Source: a virus
Lineage: Duplodnaviria; Caudoviricetes
DNA: 64,000 nt
Strand: one strand, 5' to 3'
Virus record (IMG/VR): IMGVR_UViG_3300036766_002286
The translations under genes and the position numbers were made by a program. Positions 49,204 to 59,312 of this stretch are shown here, in pieces (the stretch's first letter is position 1; each line of letters begins with the position of its first letter). Below the pieces are notes generated by a model. The model searched no databases. It had not been told where the DNA came from and saw nothing but the letters and a program-made list of their open reading frames with translations.

Positions 49204-52200
49204 ATGTCACAAACCAAATCATTCTCTACAAAAGCACCTTCCAGTAAAACTAGGCACGCATCCAAGCATCACTCGCGCACCCTAGCCCAAATAGTATTAG
49301 GTGTTCTCATTACTGCAGTCAGCGTGCTAGGCTTTAGTATAGGAGACGTCGCTCACGCCGCAGGCGCAAGAGTAACTATATGTCACAGGACAAGAAGCAC
49401 AACAAATCCTTATCGCCAAATCACAATATCTAATAGCGGCGTTAATAGCCATCGCAATAATCATACAGGCGGGGTTTGGGATTCTAGTAAACTTAATGGT
49501 GGGTCTTGGGGAGATGTTGTACCTGGCGGAGATTCTGACGCAGACGCTTTTTGGAGTACCGGTTCAGCTGGACCAAACTCACTAAACTGGGATGCAAGCG
49601 GTAAAGCCTTTCTCATGACTGGTGGAGCAAATCTTACAAAATGTGGTAAAATGACCGCTCAACAATTTTATGAAATATCTAAAGCCGCAGGAGATTCTGA
49701 TGCCACTATAGCAGCAGATCTAGAAGAACAAGCCGCCAACGAAGACGCAGCTCTTCGCCCAAGTGGGGGTTGGACGTCTAGTAACGTAGCTGCAGCGGTA
49801 GGTACTGTATCAATTACCACTAATAATCCAACATCTGTTGGTGTAAGCACAGCAACCTTAAATGGTACAATTGTAACAGGTGGCACATCAACTACTCCTA
49901 AATTTGAATATGGTACTACCACAAGTCTAGGTACAACTGTTTCTGGTGGGAGTGCTGCTACCGGCACTATCACTTCAACTGCGTCACTAAGCGGGTTAAG
50001 CACAAGTACCACCTATTATTATAGAGCAATTGGAGAAATTGGCTCAACGGATACTTTGGGAACTTATTACGGGGATATTTTATCTTTTACCACCGGTAAG
50101 GATACTCGTACAGTCACACTCTCTGCTAGTGCAACTCCTATCAACAATTCTGCAACTTCCACATTAAGCACAACAGTCTCGACAGGTACTGCTGGAACAA
50201 CCACATACACCGTTATAACAGGTACTATATATTGCACAATTAGCGGGACAACTTTAACTGCACATGCAACCAATACCGGAACATGTACAGTACAAGCTTC
50301 CGATGCCGGCGATAGCACGTATAATCCAGCCGTATCAAATATAGTTTCTATTACAGTGCAAGCACTCACGTCTAGGACTTTAACATTAGCCGGAAATAAT
50401 GCCAGCTATGTATTTACAGCTACTCCACCAACAATGACTTCCACGCCCTCAGCTGGTGTTGGATCTGGCACAAAATCTTTCTCTAGTTCCACAACCAGCA
50501 TATGTACAATAAACTCAACAAGCGGTTTAGTTGCTTTTGTAGATGCCGGCACCTGTACTATTGGTTCTTCAATTACCTCCGGCGGCGGATTTGCGGCAGC
50601 TACAGCTACAAACGTAAGTTTTGATGTTACAGCAGCTGCCAGAACACTTACTTTAAGTGGTGACTCTGGTCCGTATGTGGTTACAGATACCCCACCAACA
50701 ATGAGCGCCACGCCCTCAGTCGGCACTGGAACGAAATCATTTTCCAGCTCGACTACAAGTGTTTGTACAGTTAATTCCTCAAGTGGTTTAGTAGCTTTTG
50801 TTGCCGCTGGTACTTGTACTATTGGATCTTCAATTACAGCCTCATTAGGGTATGCATCAGCTACTGCCAGCACAAGAAGTTTTACAGTTACAGCAGTACC
50901 AGCTACGACTACGACTACAACTACCACGACTACAACCACCACCGTGCCGGCCACAACTACAACCACGACAACAGCACCAGCTACAACCACAACTACTACA
51001 ACTACGACCACAACAACCGTACCAAGTACAACAACAACCACCGTACCAAGTACAACAACAACCGTACCAAGTACAACAACCACACCAACTACGACAACTA
51101 CGACTAGTATACCAAAAGCTTCACATAACACTTCCACATCTACAATTCCACGACCCATAACCACTCCCCCCGGCCGCCAATCTACAACTACTACAACCAC
51201 AACCACAACTATCCCACCAGTTACAACTACGACATCTGTTACGACAACTACAACAGAAACTAGCATAGTCACAAACACACAGCCAAGTATATTTAGTAGC
51301 CCGACTACAGCAACCAAAACAACAATTCCAGCTACACCGCTACAGACCACATTAGCAACTGATAATGCAATAAATACTATTGATCTAGGTTCTGGACCGG
51401 TGACTGTAGCTAACACAAACGAACAATCTATTGCTCAAAGTAGTCAAGCCCAAAGATCTTTAACACAAATATCTGCAGAAAAAGTTCAAGGCTTTACTCC
51501 AGGTTCTGGAGTAACTGTAGAGATAATTGGTGCTCGCACCGTTGGACAGTTTGTTATTCTACCCAGCAGAACTGTTGATAGTATCACAATTGCCGCAGCC
51601 TTACAAGAATCAATCAATAGAACCGCTACCGATTTTGCCAGTATTGACACCGCAACCGCCATACAAAAACCATCTAGTATAATACTGCAATCAACAAACT
51701 TAACTTTATCAACTGATAAACAAATGGAACAGACCTTCAAAGATTCTGAGCTAACAAACCCTGTACGGCTAAGCACTCTAGATACTACACAAAGTAAAGC
51801 CTGGGTTAAAGTTGGAGCAAAAGTTGCAGGCTATACACCCGGTAGTATAGTTTATCTAGCACTCACATCGAGCCCAATTATTATAAGTGAAGCACTTGTT
51901 GATAGTCAGGGGAACGCAACGGTTTCTGGCATGTTTCCAGCAGAAATTGCCGGTAATGGCGGACATAGTTTACGTGTTGTAGGAACTCGCCAATTCGGAG
52001 ATGTGACAGTTAACGCTAAAGGAGAAATTCAACTATCAGATGCAACTCTAGCAGAAGTTGTGCGCTTTGATATGCAAACAAGCGCCACCGTCAGATACTC
52101 AGGTCAAAATCCAACCGGCGGTAATAGCATCGCAATTAGAGTAGTACCTTTGCGCGCACCATTACCATGGTGGACGCTGTGGATATGTAGTTGGACAGTA

Positions 52201-52443
52201 TTTTTAGGATTAATATTGAAACTTAGCCGTAAACTGCGCGGCTATAAAGAATTGATTATAGGCACAGCTGTGCTTCTAATATCCATGTTCCCAGCCCTAT
52301 ATTATGGTTGGCGCGAAATTGCCTACCCAGTCATGTATTGGGGTGCAGGAATAGCTTTGCTCGGAATTATACTTCTATGGCTAGTCCCAGCAATTAGGCG
52401 TCGACAAAAACCACAAACACCTAAAGCCGAAAGTCAATTATAA
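49204..52443 (+). CDS. Large membrane-anchored surface protein (TICH domain, Ig/FN3-like repeats, Thr-rich stalk, C-terminal TM helices)
   Basis: Signal peptide; VTICHRT.S.TNPY; repeated SSSTTSxCTxNSxSGLVAFV; poly-Thr; 3 hydrophobic helices. Confidence 0.8.
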   Translation: MSQTKSFSTKAPSSKTRHASKHHSRTLAQIVLGVLITAVSVLGFSIGDVAHAAGARVTICHRTRSTTNPYRQITISNSGVNSHRNNHTGGVWDSSKLNGGSWGDVVPGGDSDADAFWSTGSAGPNSLNWDASGKAFLMTGGANLTKCGKMTAQQFYEISKAAGDSDATIAADLEEQAANEDAALRPSGGWTSSNVAAAVGTVSITTNNPTSVGVSTATLNGTIVTGGTSTTPKFEYGTTTSLGTTVSGGSAATGTITSTASLSGLSTSTTYYYRAIGEIGSTDTLGTYYGDILSFTTGKDTRTVTLSASATPINNSATSTLSTTVSTGTAGTTTYTVITGTIYCTISGTTLTAHATNTGTCTVQASDAGDSTYNPAVSNIVSITVQALTSRTLTLAGNNASYVFTATPPTMTSTPSAGVGSGTKSFSSSTTSICTINSTSGLVAFVDAGTCTIGSSITSGGGFAAATATNVSFDVTAAARTLTLSGDSGPYVVTDTPPTMSATPSVGTGTKSFSSSTTSVCTVNSSSGLVAFVAAGTCTIGSSITASLGYASATASTRSFTVTAVPATTTTTTTTTTTTTVPATTTTTTTAPATTTTTTTTTTTTVPSTTTTTVPSTTTTVPSTTTTPTTTTTTSIPKASHNTSTSTIPRPITTPPGRQSTTTTTTTTTIPPVTTTTSVTTTTTETSIVTNTQPSIFSSPTTATKTTIPATPLQTTLATDNAINTIDLGSGPVTVANTNEQSIAQSSQAQRSLTQISAEKVQGFTPGSGVTVEIIGARTVGQFVILPSRTVDSITIAAALQESINRTATDFASIDTATAIQKPSSIILQSTNLTLSTDKQMEQTFKDSELTNPVRLSTLDTTQSKAWVKVGAKVAGYTPGSIVYLALTSSPIIISEALVDSQGNATVSGMFPAEIAGNGGHSLRVVGTRQFGDVTVNAKGEIQLSDATLAEVVRFDMQTSATVRYSGQNPTGGNSIAIRVVPLRAPLPWWTLWICSWTVFLGLILKLSRKLRGYKELIIGTAVLLISMFPALYYGWREIAYPVMYWGAGIALLGIILLWLVPAIRRRQKPQTPKAESQL

Positions 52444-52509
52444 GCATTTCGCTGTCTTGTTTTTCTGATATTAGCCGGTACAGTAATACTTAAGCCAGGA
52501 GATCAAAAA

Positions 52510-52806
52510 ATGAGCAATAATAACTTCTCGAACCATACTATCCCGCCAAGTTTTGATTTCTCTCCAGAAGATATTACATCTGGCCGCGCGTCTGCTTATG
52601 TAAGACAGATTGTATCACACCATACTGTAACAAAAATTCTTGAAAATGGAACCTATATCACCTCAACTCCACTAATAGTTGGTATTTTCGGTTCTGGTGC
52701 AACTCCAGAAAAAGCAAGTATTGCTTTTCTAAAAGCAATAGAAGAGACACTTTGCGGGCCTTTAGGCAATCTCGACTTCAAAATACCAACAATAAACAAT
52801 AACTAA
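52510..52806 (+). CDS. Divergent HicB-like protein (orphan)
   Basis: AYV...ILENGTY...TPLIVGIFGSGATPE.A...IEE; paralog of 59309; class A promoter 52457-52485. Confidence 0.55.
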   Translation: MSNNNFSNHTIPPSFDFSPEDITSGRASAYVRQIVSHHTVTKILENGTYITSTPLIVGIFGSGATPEKASIAFLKAIEETLCGPLGNLDFKIPTINNN

Positions 52807-52820
52807 TTAAAGGAGATTAT

Positions 52821-52997
52821 ATGACTATTGAAGAACAACTCACAGACGTAACTATCCAGCGCGATAAATGGGAAGCTTTAGCCAAATTATTAGGGTTGCA
52901 TTTAAGCGCCGCTTGCGGGGGTTGGGAATACGAACCCGGTAACTGTTGTTATGCTGCTGTAGAAGAATTAAAGCGCGTTGAAAAACACGGTTTTTAA
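52821..52997 (+). CDS. 58-aa hypothetical protein (not in ORF track)
   Basis: MTIEEQLTDVTIQRDKWEALAKLLGLHLSAACGGWEYEPGNCCYAAVEELKRVEKHGF; AGGAG SD. Confidence 0.6.
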   Translation: MTIEEQLTDVTIQRDKWEALAKLLGLHLSAACGGWEYEPGNCCYAAVEELKRVEKHGF

Positions 52998-53024
52998 TAA
53001 AAACTAAAGATATTTATTACAGTT

Positions 53025-53747
53025 TTAGAATCGCTCGGGATTGTAACCTTTCACGCCTTCTAAGACAGCATCTGTAAATATAGTTTTAGTTAAATTAGCT
53101 CCACGCATATCCACTCCAGTTAAATTAGCGCCTGTAAAGTTAGCTTCTTTCAGGTCTGCTTCATATAGATCCGCTTCACTCAAGTCAATTCCTGTAAAGT
53201 CTGCTCTGTGTAAATCTGCATTTCTAAGATTAGTTTTTTTAAAGTTAGCACCTTGTAATTTAGCTTCCCCTAATTTAATACCAGAAAGTTCTGCATTCTC
53301 TAGATTGGCCTCACGCAAGTCAACGTCGCACATATTTGCATTATGCAAACAAGCCGATCGCAAGTCTGCTTTATATAAAATTGCTGCAGTCATGTCAGAT
53401 TTTTGTGAGTTCAAGCCAAAACACTCAGTATTTGTCATATTAGCAAATCTTAGAGTAGCTCCATTCATACGGGCCCGAATCAAGCATGCACCTGTCAGGT
53501 CAGTTGAACTAAGATTAATATCTCCAAGCCACGCCTCTTGCAAATTAGCACCCTGCAAATGAGATTCTGATAGGTCATACTTATTTTTATCTACCAAAAT
53601 ATATTCAGCTAAAAATAGTCCTCTAAAATCAACTTCATCTAAAGTCACGCCCCGCCATGATTCCCCACGAGTTAAGGTAACTTTACCCCATCTTTTATGC
53701 TTGCATACAATAGTATTATTTCCTTTTGATTTCCATAATTGTACCAT
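53025..53747 (-). CDS. Pentapeptide repeat protein (PRP24)
   Basis: Repeats; GESW cap; AGGAG; promoter 53770-53797. Confidence 0.92.
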   Translation of the reverse strand: MVQLWKSKGNNTIVCKHKRWGKVTLTRGESWRGVTLDEVDFRGLFLAEYILVDKNKYDLSESHLQGANLQEAWLGDINLSSTDLTGACLIRARMNGATLRFANMTNTECFGLNSQKSDMTAAILYKADLRSACLHNANMCDVDLREANLENAELSGIKLGEAKLQGANFKKTNLRNADLHRADFTGIDLSEADLYEADLKEANFTGANLTGVDMRGANLTKTIFTDAVLEGVKGYNPERF

Positions 53748-53868
53748 AAAAATTCTCCTTTTCATAGAAACTATTAGCGCTATAGTCTTAAAGCCAATAA
53801 GTTTGACATAGCATATAATTGCTTTTAGCTACTAAGCCATCATAGTAATTATATAACCCGGAGGATAC

Positions 53869-54150
53869 ATGAAAAACTCAATTGAAGGTACTAAGGCGAT
53901 CACGAAATGTATAGATCTAGCAGCAGACAAATCTCTGTATCGCCCGCACGCTCTACAAGCCAGAAGCGAGCTGCAAGCTTTGTTAGATACGCAGGAGAGA
54001 ACATCAAAAATAGCAACTCAGCTCTACAACGAATTAAAACTTCATGACTTCTGTCGCGCTACCAGCGAAGAGTATGATCGAAGAGATGATCTAGGCGAAA
54101 GCTTCGAACAAGCCCTAGCTGACTATGAGCAAACCTTTCTAGGTAAGTAA
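53869..54150 (+). CDS. Small protein, AIR-family
   Basis: TKAITKCID...ARSELQALLD; promoter 53819-53847. Confidence 0.75.
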   Translation: MKNSIEGTKAITKCIDLAADKSLYRPHALQARSELQALLDTQERTSKIATQLYNELKLHDFCRATSEEYDRRDDLGESFEQALADYEQTFLGK

Positions 54151-54217
54151 GCACAAAAAATAAATATTTGTAATAAGCCCTTTAGCCACAACAGTAATAA
54201 CTTAACCCGGAGGATAT

Positions 54218-54526
54218 ATGGAAAGCTCGACTGCAAACAATGAAGATATTGAATACGATTTTGATCTTATCGTAACACTGCAAGACGGTACATCCGCCAC
54301 AGTCGGCGCAATGTTAAATGATGACGGTACTATTCAATTTGATGAAAATGCCTCACCTCTAGTCACAGAAGCAGTTAATAAACTTATGAATGGCAAAAGC
54401 ATTAGTAATGCTATCCTTGATAACAGATCCAATGACTCGGTATCTATAAAATCTTTTACTTTTACAGACTCATTATCACCAGACGGCGAAACTTCCCTGG
54501 AAATTAAAGCGATAATAAAAGAGTAA
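54218..54526 (+). CDS. Hypothetical acidic protein
   Basis: Promoter 54168-54196; GGAGG. Confidence 0.7.
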   Translation: MESSTANNEDIEYDFDLIVTLQDGTSATVGAMLNDDGTIQFDENASPLVTEAVNKLMNGKSISNAILDNRSNDSVSIKSFTFTDSLSPDGETSLEIKAIIKE

Positions 54527-54530
54527 TCTA

Positions 54531-54923
54531 ATGACTACCGAAGAAGTTAGCAACGATATACAAGCCCGCATAAAAGAACTCGTAGCCCTAGAAAATGGCT
54601 GGCTAGATGGCGAGGGCGTACAAATCAATAATGAAACAGCCGAGCTAGTACTTCAGGTGTTAGATCAGCTAAAAGATATCAAAAAAACCACTTTAGGAAT
54701 ATTTCCAACCGAAGAAGGCGGACTGCGCTGTCAATGGGTTGTTGGTAAGCACGAAGTAGTTTGGGAAGCCAACGCAAGTACGCAATTTATGTCGCGACGA
54801 CAAATAATGCAACTCGCTTCCATTTCAATTGAGGTGCCAACAGATGAATTAAATATTATAGAATGCGTACACCACTTAACAAATTTTTTAACTGGAAATG
54901 TAAAATCATACGACGTATCTTAA
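54531..54923 (+). CDS. Hypothetical protein (GWxDGEG..P..EGG..W type)
   Basis: LENGWLDGEG...IFPTEEGGLRCQW. Confidence 0.7.
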   Translation: MTTEEVSNDIQARIKELVALENGWLDGEGVQINNETAELVLQVLDQLKDIKKTTLGIFPTEEGGLRCQWVVGKHEVVWEANASTQFMSRRQIMQLASISIEVPTDELNIIECVHHLTNFLTGNVKSYDVS

Positions 54924-55038
54924 AGCATTTTCAAAGGTGCAATTAAATAATCGTTAAAGATCCCTAAAGCAATGTACATGCTTACATACCGGCAGTTAGG
55001 CTTGCCTAGGCCGTAATAAAAAACCGTGTTACTGCAGA

Positions 55039-55362
55039 CTAAGGGTCTGCATCAAAGAAAATTTTACGTTTTCGAATAATTTTATTACGAGCATCAGAAA
55101 TCATAGAATTAGTGACCTTCTGCCACTTACCCTCAGTCTCCAATTTAGTCCTTAGCTTTAATGCACATGATTCAATAGACTCATTAGCGTTGAACATATC
55201 TTCAAGAAAGGACGATAAAAGATCCGGGTGTCCTGCTGTATTGTCATGAATACTAAGCATATTAAGCTCTTCTTCAGTCAGACCTGTAACCATACGGCAC
55301 ACATCATCACACCAAGCAAAAAAAGTCAACATCTGCCCTAAAACGGTCTCTGCTTCCGACAT
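55039..55362 (-). CDS. Small acidic protein, W..GLTEE family
   Basis: FAWCDD..TGLTEEEL..MFNA..S.E.CA..L..EGKW. Confidence 0.75.
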   Translation of the reverse strand: MSEAETVLGQMLTFFAWCDDVCRMVTGLTEEELNMLSIHDNTAGHPDLLSSFLEDMFNANESIESCALKLRTKLETEGKWQKVTNSMISDARNKIIRKRKIFFDADP

Positions 55363-55413
55363 ATCTTATCTCCTAGCAGTTATCTCTGTTAAGGTTATTT
55401 ATAAGATCAACAC

Positions 55414-55713
55414 TCATCGCTTTACCTTGTACATATTCGCCCCATAAAAACTAGCGCCCTCACACCGAGCATTCGTAAAGTTAGCATTGAGGCAGTTAGC
55501 ACTAATGAAATTAGCGTCTTTTAAATTAGCACCTTGAAAATTAGCGTCTTCTAAATCAGCACCTTGAAAATTAGCGTGGTATAGATTAGCGCCCTCAAAA
55601 TCAGCTCCCCGCAAGTCGGCACCACATAAAAGAATTTTTGGTAAATTGGCTCCACGTAAACTCTCTTTGGCCGCCACCTTTCTCACTATTTCTCTCTTTT
55701 TAGATCCAAACAT
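55414..55713 (-). CDS. Pentapeptide repeat protein (PRP25)
   Basis: REIVRKV cap; GAN(L/F) repeats. Confidence 0.9.
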   Translation of the reverse strand: MFGSKKREIVRKVAAKESLRGANLPKILLCGADLRGADFEGANLYHANFQGADLEDANFQGANLKDANFISANCLNANFTNARCEGASFYGANMYKVKR

Positions 55714-55821
55714 TTGGTTCTCCCTTGTCCATTTTCTTTGACTTGTTTGTATCTTATCTTCCAGTAATTATCTAAGTTAATGCCATTGCGTCCAAATTTA
55801 TCTGTAAAATATTTCTTTAAT

Positions 55822-56247
55822 TTAATATCGTTCCCACGGCCACAGGCCTATGGATTTTCCTTTGTCTGTTATGGTATTAACTGCTTCCTGTACAGAGAGT
55901 TTTGATTCCCACATTTTCACAAAAAGTTCATTCGCATCATTCGTATTTACATCAAAAATCTACTCGAATTGTTCCTGTGTGCAACCCATAGCCACAAGTG
56001 CCTCACCTATCTTATCATACCAGCTCCAATACGCCGCGTCCGCCGGGTCTCGCATTGCTTTTGTAATATCTTCGAGCATATCTGTACCAAACTCTGATTT
56101 AAACATATCTTGAAACTCTTTATATTCCTGCTCTATTTCAGCAGCTAACGCGTAGTAATTTTCCTCTATAATATCCCAGTTAATTCCAGCTGCGCTCGAT
56201 GCTGGTTTCTTTGTGGGTTTCTTTGTGGGTTTCTTTGCTTTTGTCAT
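55822..56247 (-). pseudogene. W..GxTQE family gene with an in-frame TAG at 55960-55962
   Basis: GCTQEQFE*IFDVNTNDANELFVKMWESKLSVQEAVNTITDKGKSIGLWPWERY* aligns with 47850. Confidence 0.8.
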
Positions 56248-56264
56248 ATCCTTTCTCCTTTAAT

Positions 56265-56552
56265 TTAATTGTTAGCGTTTTTCTGGTTTTCATTTCTGGC
56301 GTTTCCCAGGTCCACAACAACCGCTCCCGCAGTAAACGGCCGAACCCCCGCACCAAACATTGTTCTCAAAAGTTCAACATTATCGGCCACAACAGTAATA
56401 TCATGGTCAAGCTGTTTTGCCGCAGCATATACCTCATTACACCACTCAAAAAAGCCAGATTCTACCAATTGTAGCACCGTATTAGCAGCAGCTTCAAATC
56501 TTTTAGCCACCGTGTCTGATACTGTTGGTTCTACTTTTTCTGGCTCAATCAT
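56265..56552 (-). CDS. Small protein, possible divergent member of the W..GLTQE family
   Basis: FFEWCNEV...LRTMFGAG. Confidence 0.6.
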   Translation of the reverse strand: MIEPEKVEPTVSDTVAKRFEAAANTVLQLVESGFFEWCNEVYAAAKQLDHDITVVADNVELLRTMFGAGVRPFTAGAVVVDLGNARNENQKNANN

Positions 56553-56562
56553 AATTCATCTC

Positions 56563-56928
56563 CTAGTAGTTGGGCATCGCTGGGGGTATTTTTAAATTCT
56601 GTTTTAATTTATCAGGATCAAAAATCTTATAGGGCCCTAGCTTTTGAGCTTTCCAGCGATCTGTGAGCATTTTTGCACCTTCTTGTGTTGTCCGGCCAGC
56701 ATTGTACATTTTCTCCAATTCCTCATTCGCATCCCATTCCATGTCTTCTTCAAAGGTAATCATATCCAATTCCTCTTGAGTGAGCCCAGTTGCGTCAAAT
56801 GCATCGTCACACCACTTAAATTGCAAGATGAAAGCAGCATCTATAGCTGCTATATCTGCTGGAGTTTTTGCATCTGCGTAAAACTCGGAATCATATAGAA
56901 ACTCTGTTGGTTTAGTGTCATCATTCAT
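56563..56928 (-). CDS. Small very acidic protein, W..GLTQE family
   Basis: FKWCDD..TGLTQEELD..MYNAG.T.QEGA..L. Confidence 0.75.
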   Translation of the reverse strand: MNDDTKPTEFLYDSEFYADAKTPADIAAIDAAFILQFKWCDDAFDATGLTQEELDMITFEEDMEWDANEELEKMYNAGRTTQEGAKMLTDRWKAQKLGPYKIFDPDKLKQNLKIPPAMPNY

Positions 56929-56988
56929 ATTTTTCTCCTCAGTATTTGTTTATGTTACTATTGGCGCTAAATTTTAACTAAAGTTAAG

Positions 56989-57222
56989 CTAGACGGATCT
57001 CGACTTTTTTGGCTTCCCGCTACCACCTATTTTACCTTGAATATAAGATCTTCTATTAGAACTTACTTTCTTTTTCCGGCGGCCTACCTCATTTCCAATA
57101 AAATCAATTCTTACCTCTTCTAAAAAAGTATCTGGAGCCATTCGACGTTCGCTAGAATCTCTGGAAGCTTTAGCTCTTTTGTTTAGACGCTTTTGGCTTT
57201 TGGATATAGCCTTATTGCTCAT
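56989..57222 (-). CDS. Small basic hypothetical protein
   Basis: Lys/Arg-rich ORF; AGGAG. Confidence 0.55.
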   Translation of the reverse strand: MSNKAISKSQKRLNKRAKASRDSSERRMAPDTFLEEVRIDFIGNEVGRRKKKVSSNRRSYIQGKIGGSGKPKKSRSV

Positions 57223-57272
57223 TGGTTTCTCCTGCCATCTGTATGCTGCAACAGCTCATATTGCAAAGCAAA

Positions 57273-57485
57273 TTATTCTTCCTCTTTGTTTACAGCGTCA
57301 GCTACAATTTTCTCTATTTTTTGACTTAGTTCTTTCATCACTTTATCTAAGGTGCATTGCAGTTCATTACGTTCTTCGCTTGGAGGAATGCGAAACAATT
57401 GTTGTGTCAAATCCTGGGCGCAGTCACCAACCACCTCTGCAAAGTCTCTATAAAGAGTTTTTTTGTCGAATTTTGATTTTGTCAT
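57273..57485 (-). CDS. Hypothetical protein
   Basis: AGGAG; promoter 57516-57544. Confidence 0.65.
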   Translation of the reverse strand: MTKSKFDKKTLYRDFAEVVGDCAQDLTQQLFRIPPSEERNELQCTLDKVMKELSQKIEKIVADAVNKEEE

Positions 57486-57566
57486 ATTTGCTCCTTTTAG
57501 GTATTAACATTAATATACTGTCAGCGCCTACAGCATAAAAACAAGTAGTTACTCAGACATATTGTT

Positions 57567-57923
57567 TTATATGCGCTTGAATTCTCTATCTAATTCCCAC
57601 TCGCTTATAGCTACTGTAGGCAAGTCGCGGTCTGAGTCCATTACAATATACTGTCCTTCTCTAGCAGACATGCTGTCATTAGCCTCATCATAGTATAGAC
57701 GTATATTAATAGCACCATAAGGGTCTATACTAGTATCTGTTAAATTATATCTGTTGCGAAATTCATTTTGTCCACCGCACCACATAGCTATAAAATCACA
57801 TTGTTCCAAGAATTCTTTTACAGCTTGTTCACTTTTATTTTTCGGGATCATAGGTACTTGCATAACACTAAACACCGCCGATGACATGTAGTTTCCGGGT
57901 TCTCGTGTTAAATCTTTGTTCAT
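57567..57923 (-). CDS. Phage-like hypothetical protein
   Basis: Coupled operon; WCGG..A.EG.YIV. Confidence 0.65.
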   Translation of the reverse strand: MNKDLTREPGNYMSSAVFSVMQVPMIPKNKSEQAVKEFLEQCDFIAMWCGGQNEFRNRYNLTDTSIDPYGAINIRLYYDEANDSMSAREGQYIVMDSDRDLPTVAISEWELDREFKRI

Positions 57924-58114
57924 ATAATTACCTCGCGGTCGTACATGTCCTCCAGATCCTCATTTTTCTGCAATCTTTTTGCAATAGACGCTCTGCGTGC
58001 ATTTATGATAGCTATTTCACTAGCATCTAGCTCGTCGGTATCCCAAGGTTGTAACAAAGTCAAGCTCTCTATAAGTTTTTGTTTGGCTTCATCTGGTGTT
58101 TGTTCTGTGGTCAT
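57920..58114 (-). CDS. Hypothetical protein
   Basis: AGGAG SD; coupled. Confidence 0.65.
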   Translation of the reverse strand: MTTEQTPDEAKQKLIESLTLLQPWDTDELDASEIAIINARRASIAKRLQKNEDLEDMYDREVII

Positions 58115-58115
58115 T

Positions 58116-58382
58116 TTATTTCTCCTTTGTTTCTAGTGCGTGGATTATTTCGCGCAGATATTCGTCTTGCTCACGGATTTCTTTGAGGAAAAAATCTTTG
58201 AGCCACTGTTCACGCGGTGCTGAGTGGAATGCAACCTCATTGCGTAGCCATGCGGCATCTCCTCGTTCCATGACACTTTCTTCACTCCAATAGTCGTCGG
58301 GTCGGGTGAAATAAGTTGCTCGCCATTCCTCGCGACTTCTCCCGTCTTCTTGACCAAAGTGCTTAAATCTTGGCTCGCTCAT
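58116..58382 (-). CDS. Hypothetical protein sharing the FFxKEIREQ module with 27491
   Basis: FFLKEIREQDEYL vs FFYKEIREQNEQL; ALETKEK end. Confidence 0.7.
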   Translation of the reverse strand: MSEPRFKHFGQEDGRSREEWRATYFTRPDDYWSEESVMERGDAAWLRNEVAFHSAPREQWLKDFFLKEIREQDEYLREIIHALETKEK

Positions 58383-58383
58383 A

Positions 58384-58584
58384 TTATTTCTCCTTTGTTT
58401 CTAGTGCATTAAAATTGATAAGCAAGTTATGCAGGTCTGACTCCACTTCTGCTAAATCTGCTGTCATCGTCGCCAGGGCATTTGCGGCAATATCTACTCT
58501 TTGCTGTGCTATACGCTTCGCTTGGCGCGCGTCGCTTATTTCCTGCAACAGTTCTAAACGATTTTCGTCAGATGGCACATTCAT
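58384..58584 (-). CDS. Small coiled-coil protein
   Basis: ALETKEK end identical to neighbour. Confidence 0.65.
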   Translation of the reverse strand: MNVPSDENRLELLQEISDARQAKRIAQQRVDIAANALATMTADLAEVESDLHNLLINFNALETKEK

Positions 58585-58585
58585 T

Positions 58586-58903
58586 TTATTTTCCCTTTTT
58601 TAGTTCACTTTTAAGTCTTTTAATTTCGCGTTTCGCTTCCTCTAGTTGTTCTGGCATTTTCTCTTTTTTCTTTCGTTCTCTTTTTTTAGCTCTATCTTCT
58701 TTAATTTTTTCAAGCCGCACTCTTTCTAGATTCTCATCATATTCTCGCAACAATCTGGCGCTAGTTGTACCAATAGGCAACTGTAGTACACAGTCCTGGA
58801 CCTCAGGTGCGTACAGACTACTATCTTCTGAGTAAGCCTCTTCAGCATATTCTTCTAGTTCGCGTGCAATTTTTTCTCTGATATCTTTTTCTGTTTGTGA
58901 CAT
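58586..58903 (-). CDS. Charged coiled-coil hypothetical protein
   Basis: First gene after promoter 58934-58962. Confidence 0.65.
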   Translation of the reverse strand: MSQTEKDIREKIARELEEYAEEAYSEDSSLYAPEVQDCVLQLPIGTTSARLLREYDENLERVRLEKIKEDRAKKRERKKKEKMPEQLEEAKREIKRLKSELKKGK

Positions 58904-59078
58904 ATATCCCTCTTGCAGCTCATCCTTGGTTTATACTGTAATGGCTAGCTCCACTCCCCCAAATCTCTATTATATACTACCAGTCTTTAGCAGCACACTA
59001 AGTATCGCCAAGGCTCTGATGCTACTTGCGCTGGTACCGTAAGCCGGTATAGTAATACATAAACCCTGGAGGTTACAG

Positions 59079-59312
59079 ATGAGCAGAGCAGACTACAAGA
59101 ATCAGAAAGTTCCAAATGATCTAACAACACCATTAGCTAATGTTCCTTTTAACGAAGTTCAAAAAAAGTCAGAAGAAGAATTCATGGCACTTTGTACAGA
59201 GGCAGAAAGACGTCTGACGACACCAGCAGCATTAGAGCAAGATCGCCGGTGCAAGGCAATCTTCCACGCAGCAGCTAAAGGTACTGCAGAACAAAAGGAG
59301 ATATCAAAATGA
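59079..59312 (+). CDS. Hypothetical protein
   Basis: Promoter 59026-59054; GGAGG. Confidence 0.65.
   Translation: MSRADYKNQKVPNDLTTPLANVPFNEVQKKSEEEFMALCTEAERRLTTPAALEQDRRCKAIFHAAAKGTAEQKEISK

Noticed and set aside
50900-51110. Tandem ACA/ACC-rich repeats as a non-coding repeat locus
   Set aside because: They encode the Thr/Pro stalk (TTTTVPS units) of the 49204-52443 surface protein.
20420-51416. Val-rich antisense and Gln/Asn/Tyr-rich alternative-frame ORFs (20420-20722, 40246-40797, 42360-43130, 50406-51416, 50814-51160)
   Set aside because: By-products of poly-Thr (ACN) linkers and RCC1 repeats in the real genes.
2562-53562. Antisense ORFs over PRP genes (e.g. 5192-5596, 7870-8400, 10319-10726, 31943-32566, 53305-53562)
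   Set aside because: Shadow frames of the periodic repeat coding (RLA/KFA/KSA patterns) with no SD or promoter support.
16590-55038. tRNA or structured ncRNA in the larger intergenic gaps (16590-16770, 24530-24696, 27220-27490, 54924-55038)
   Set aside because: No cloverleaf, T-loop motif or convincing long stem was seen by eye; an Infernal or tRNAscan run would be needed to exclude them.
59079-59312. HicA toxin partner of the 59309 HicB
   Set aside because: Lacks the HicA GSH motif and basic dsRBD-like pattern; appears helical.
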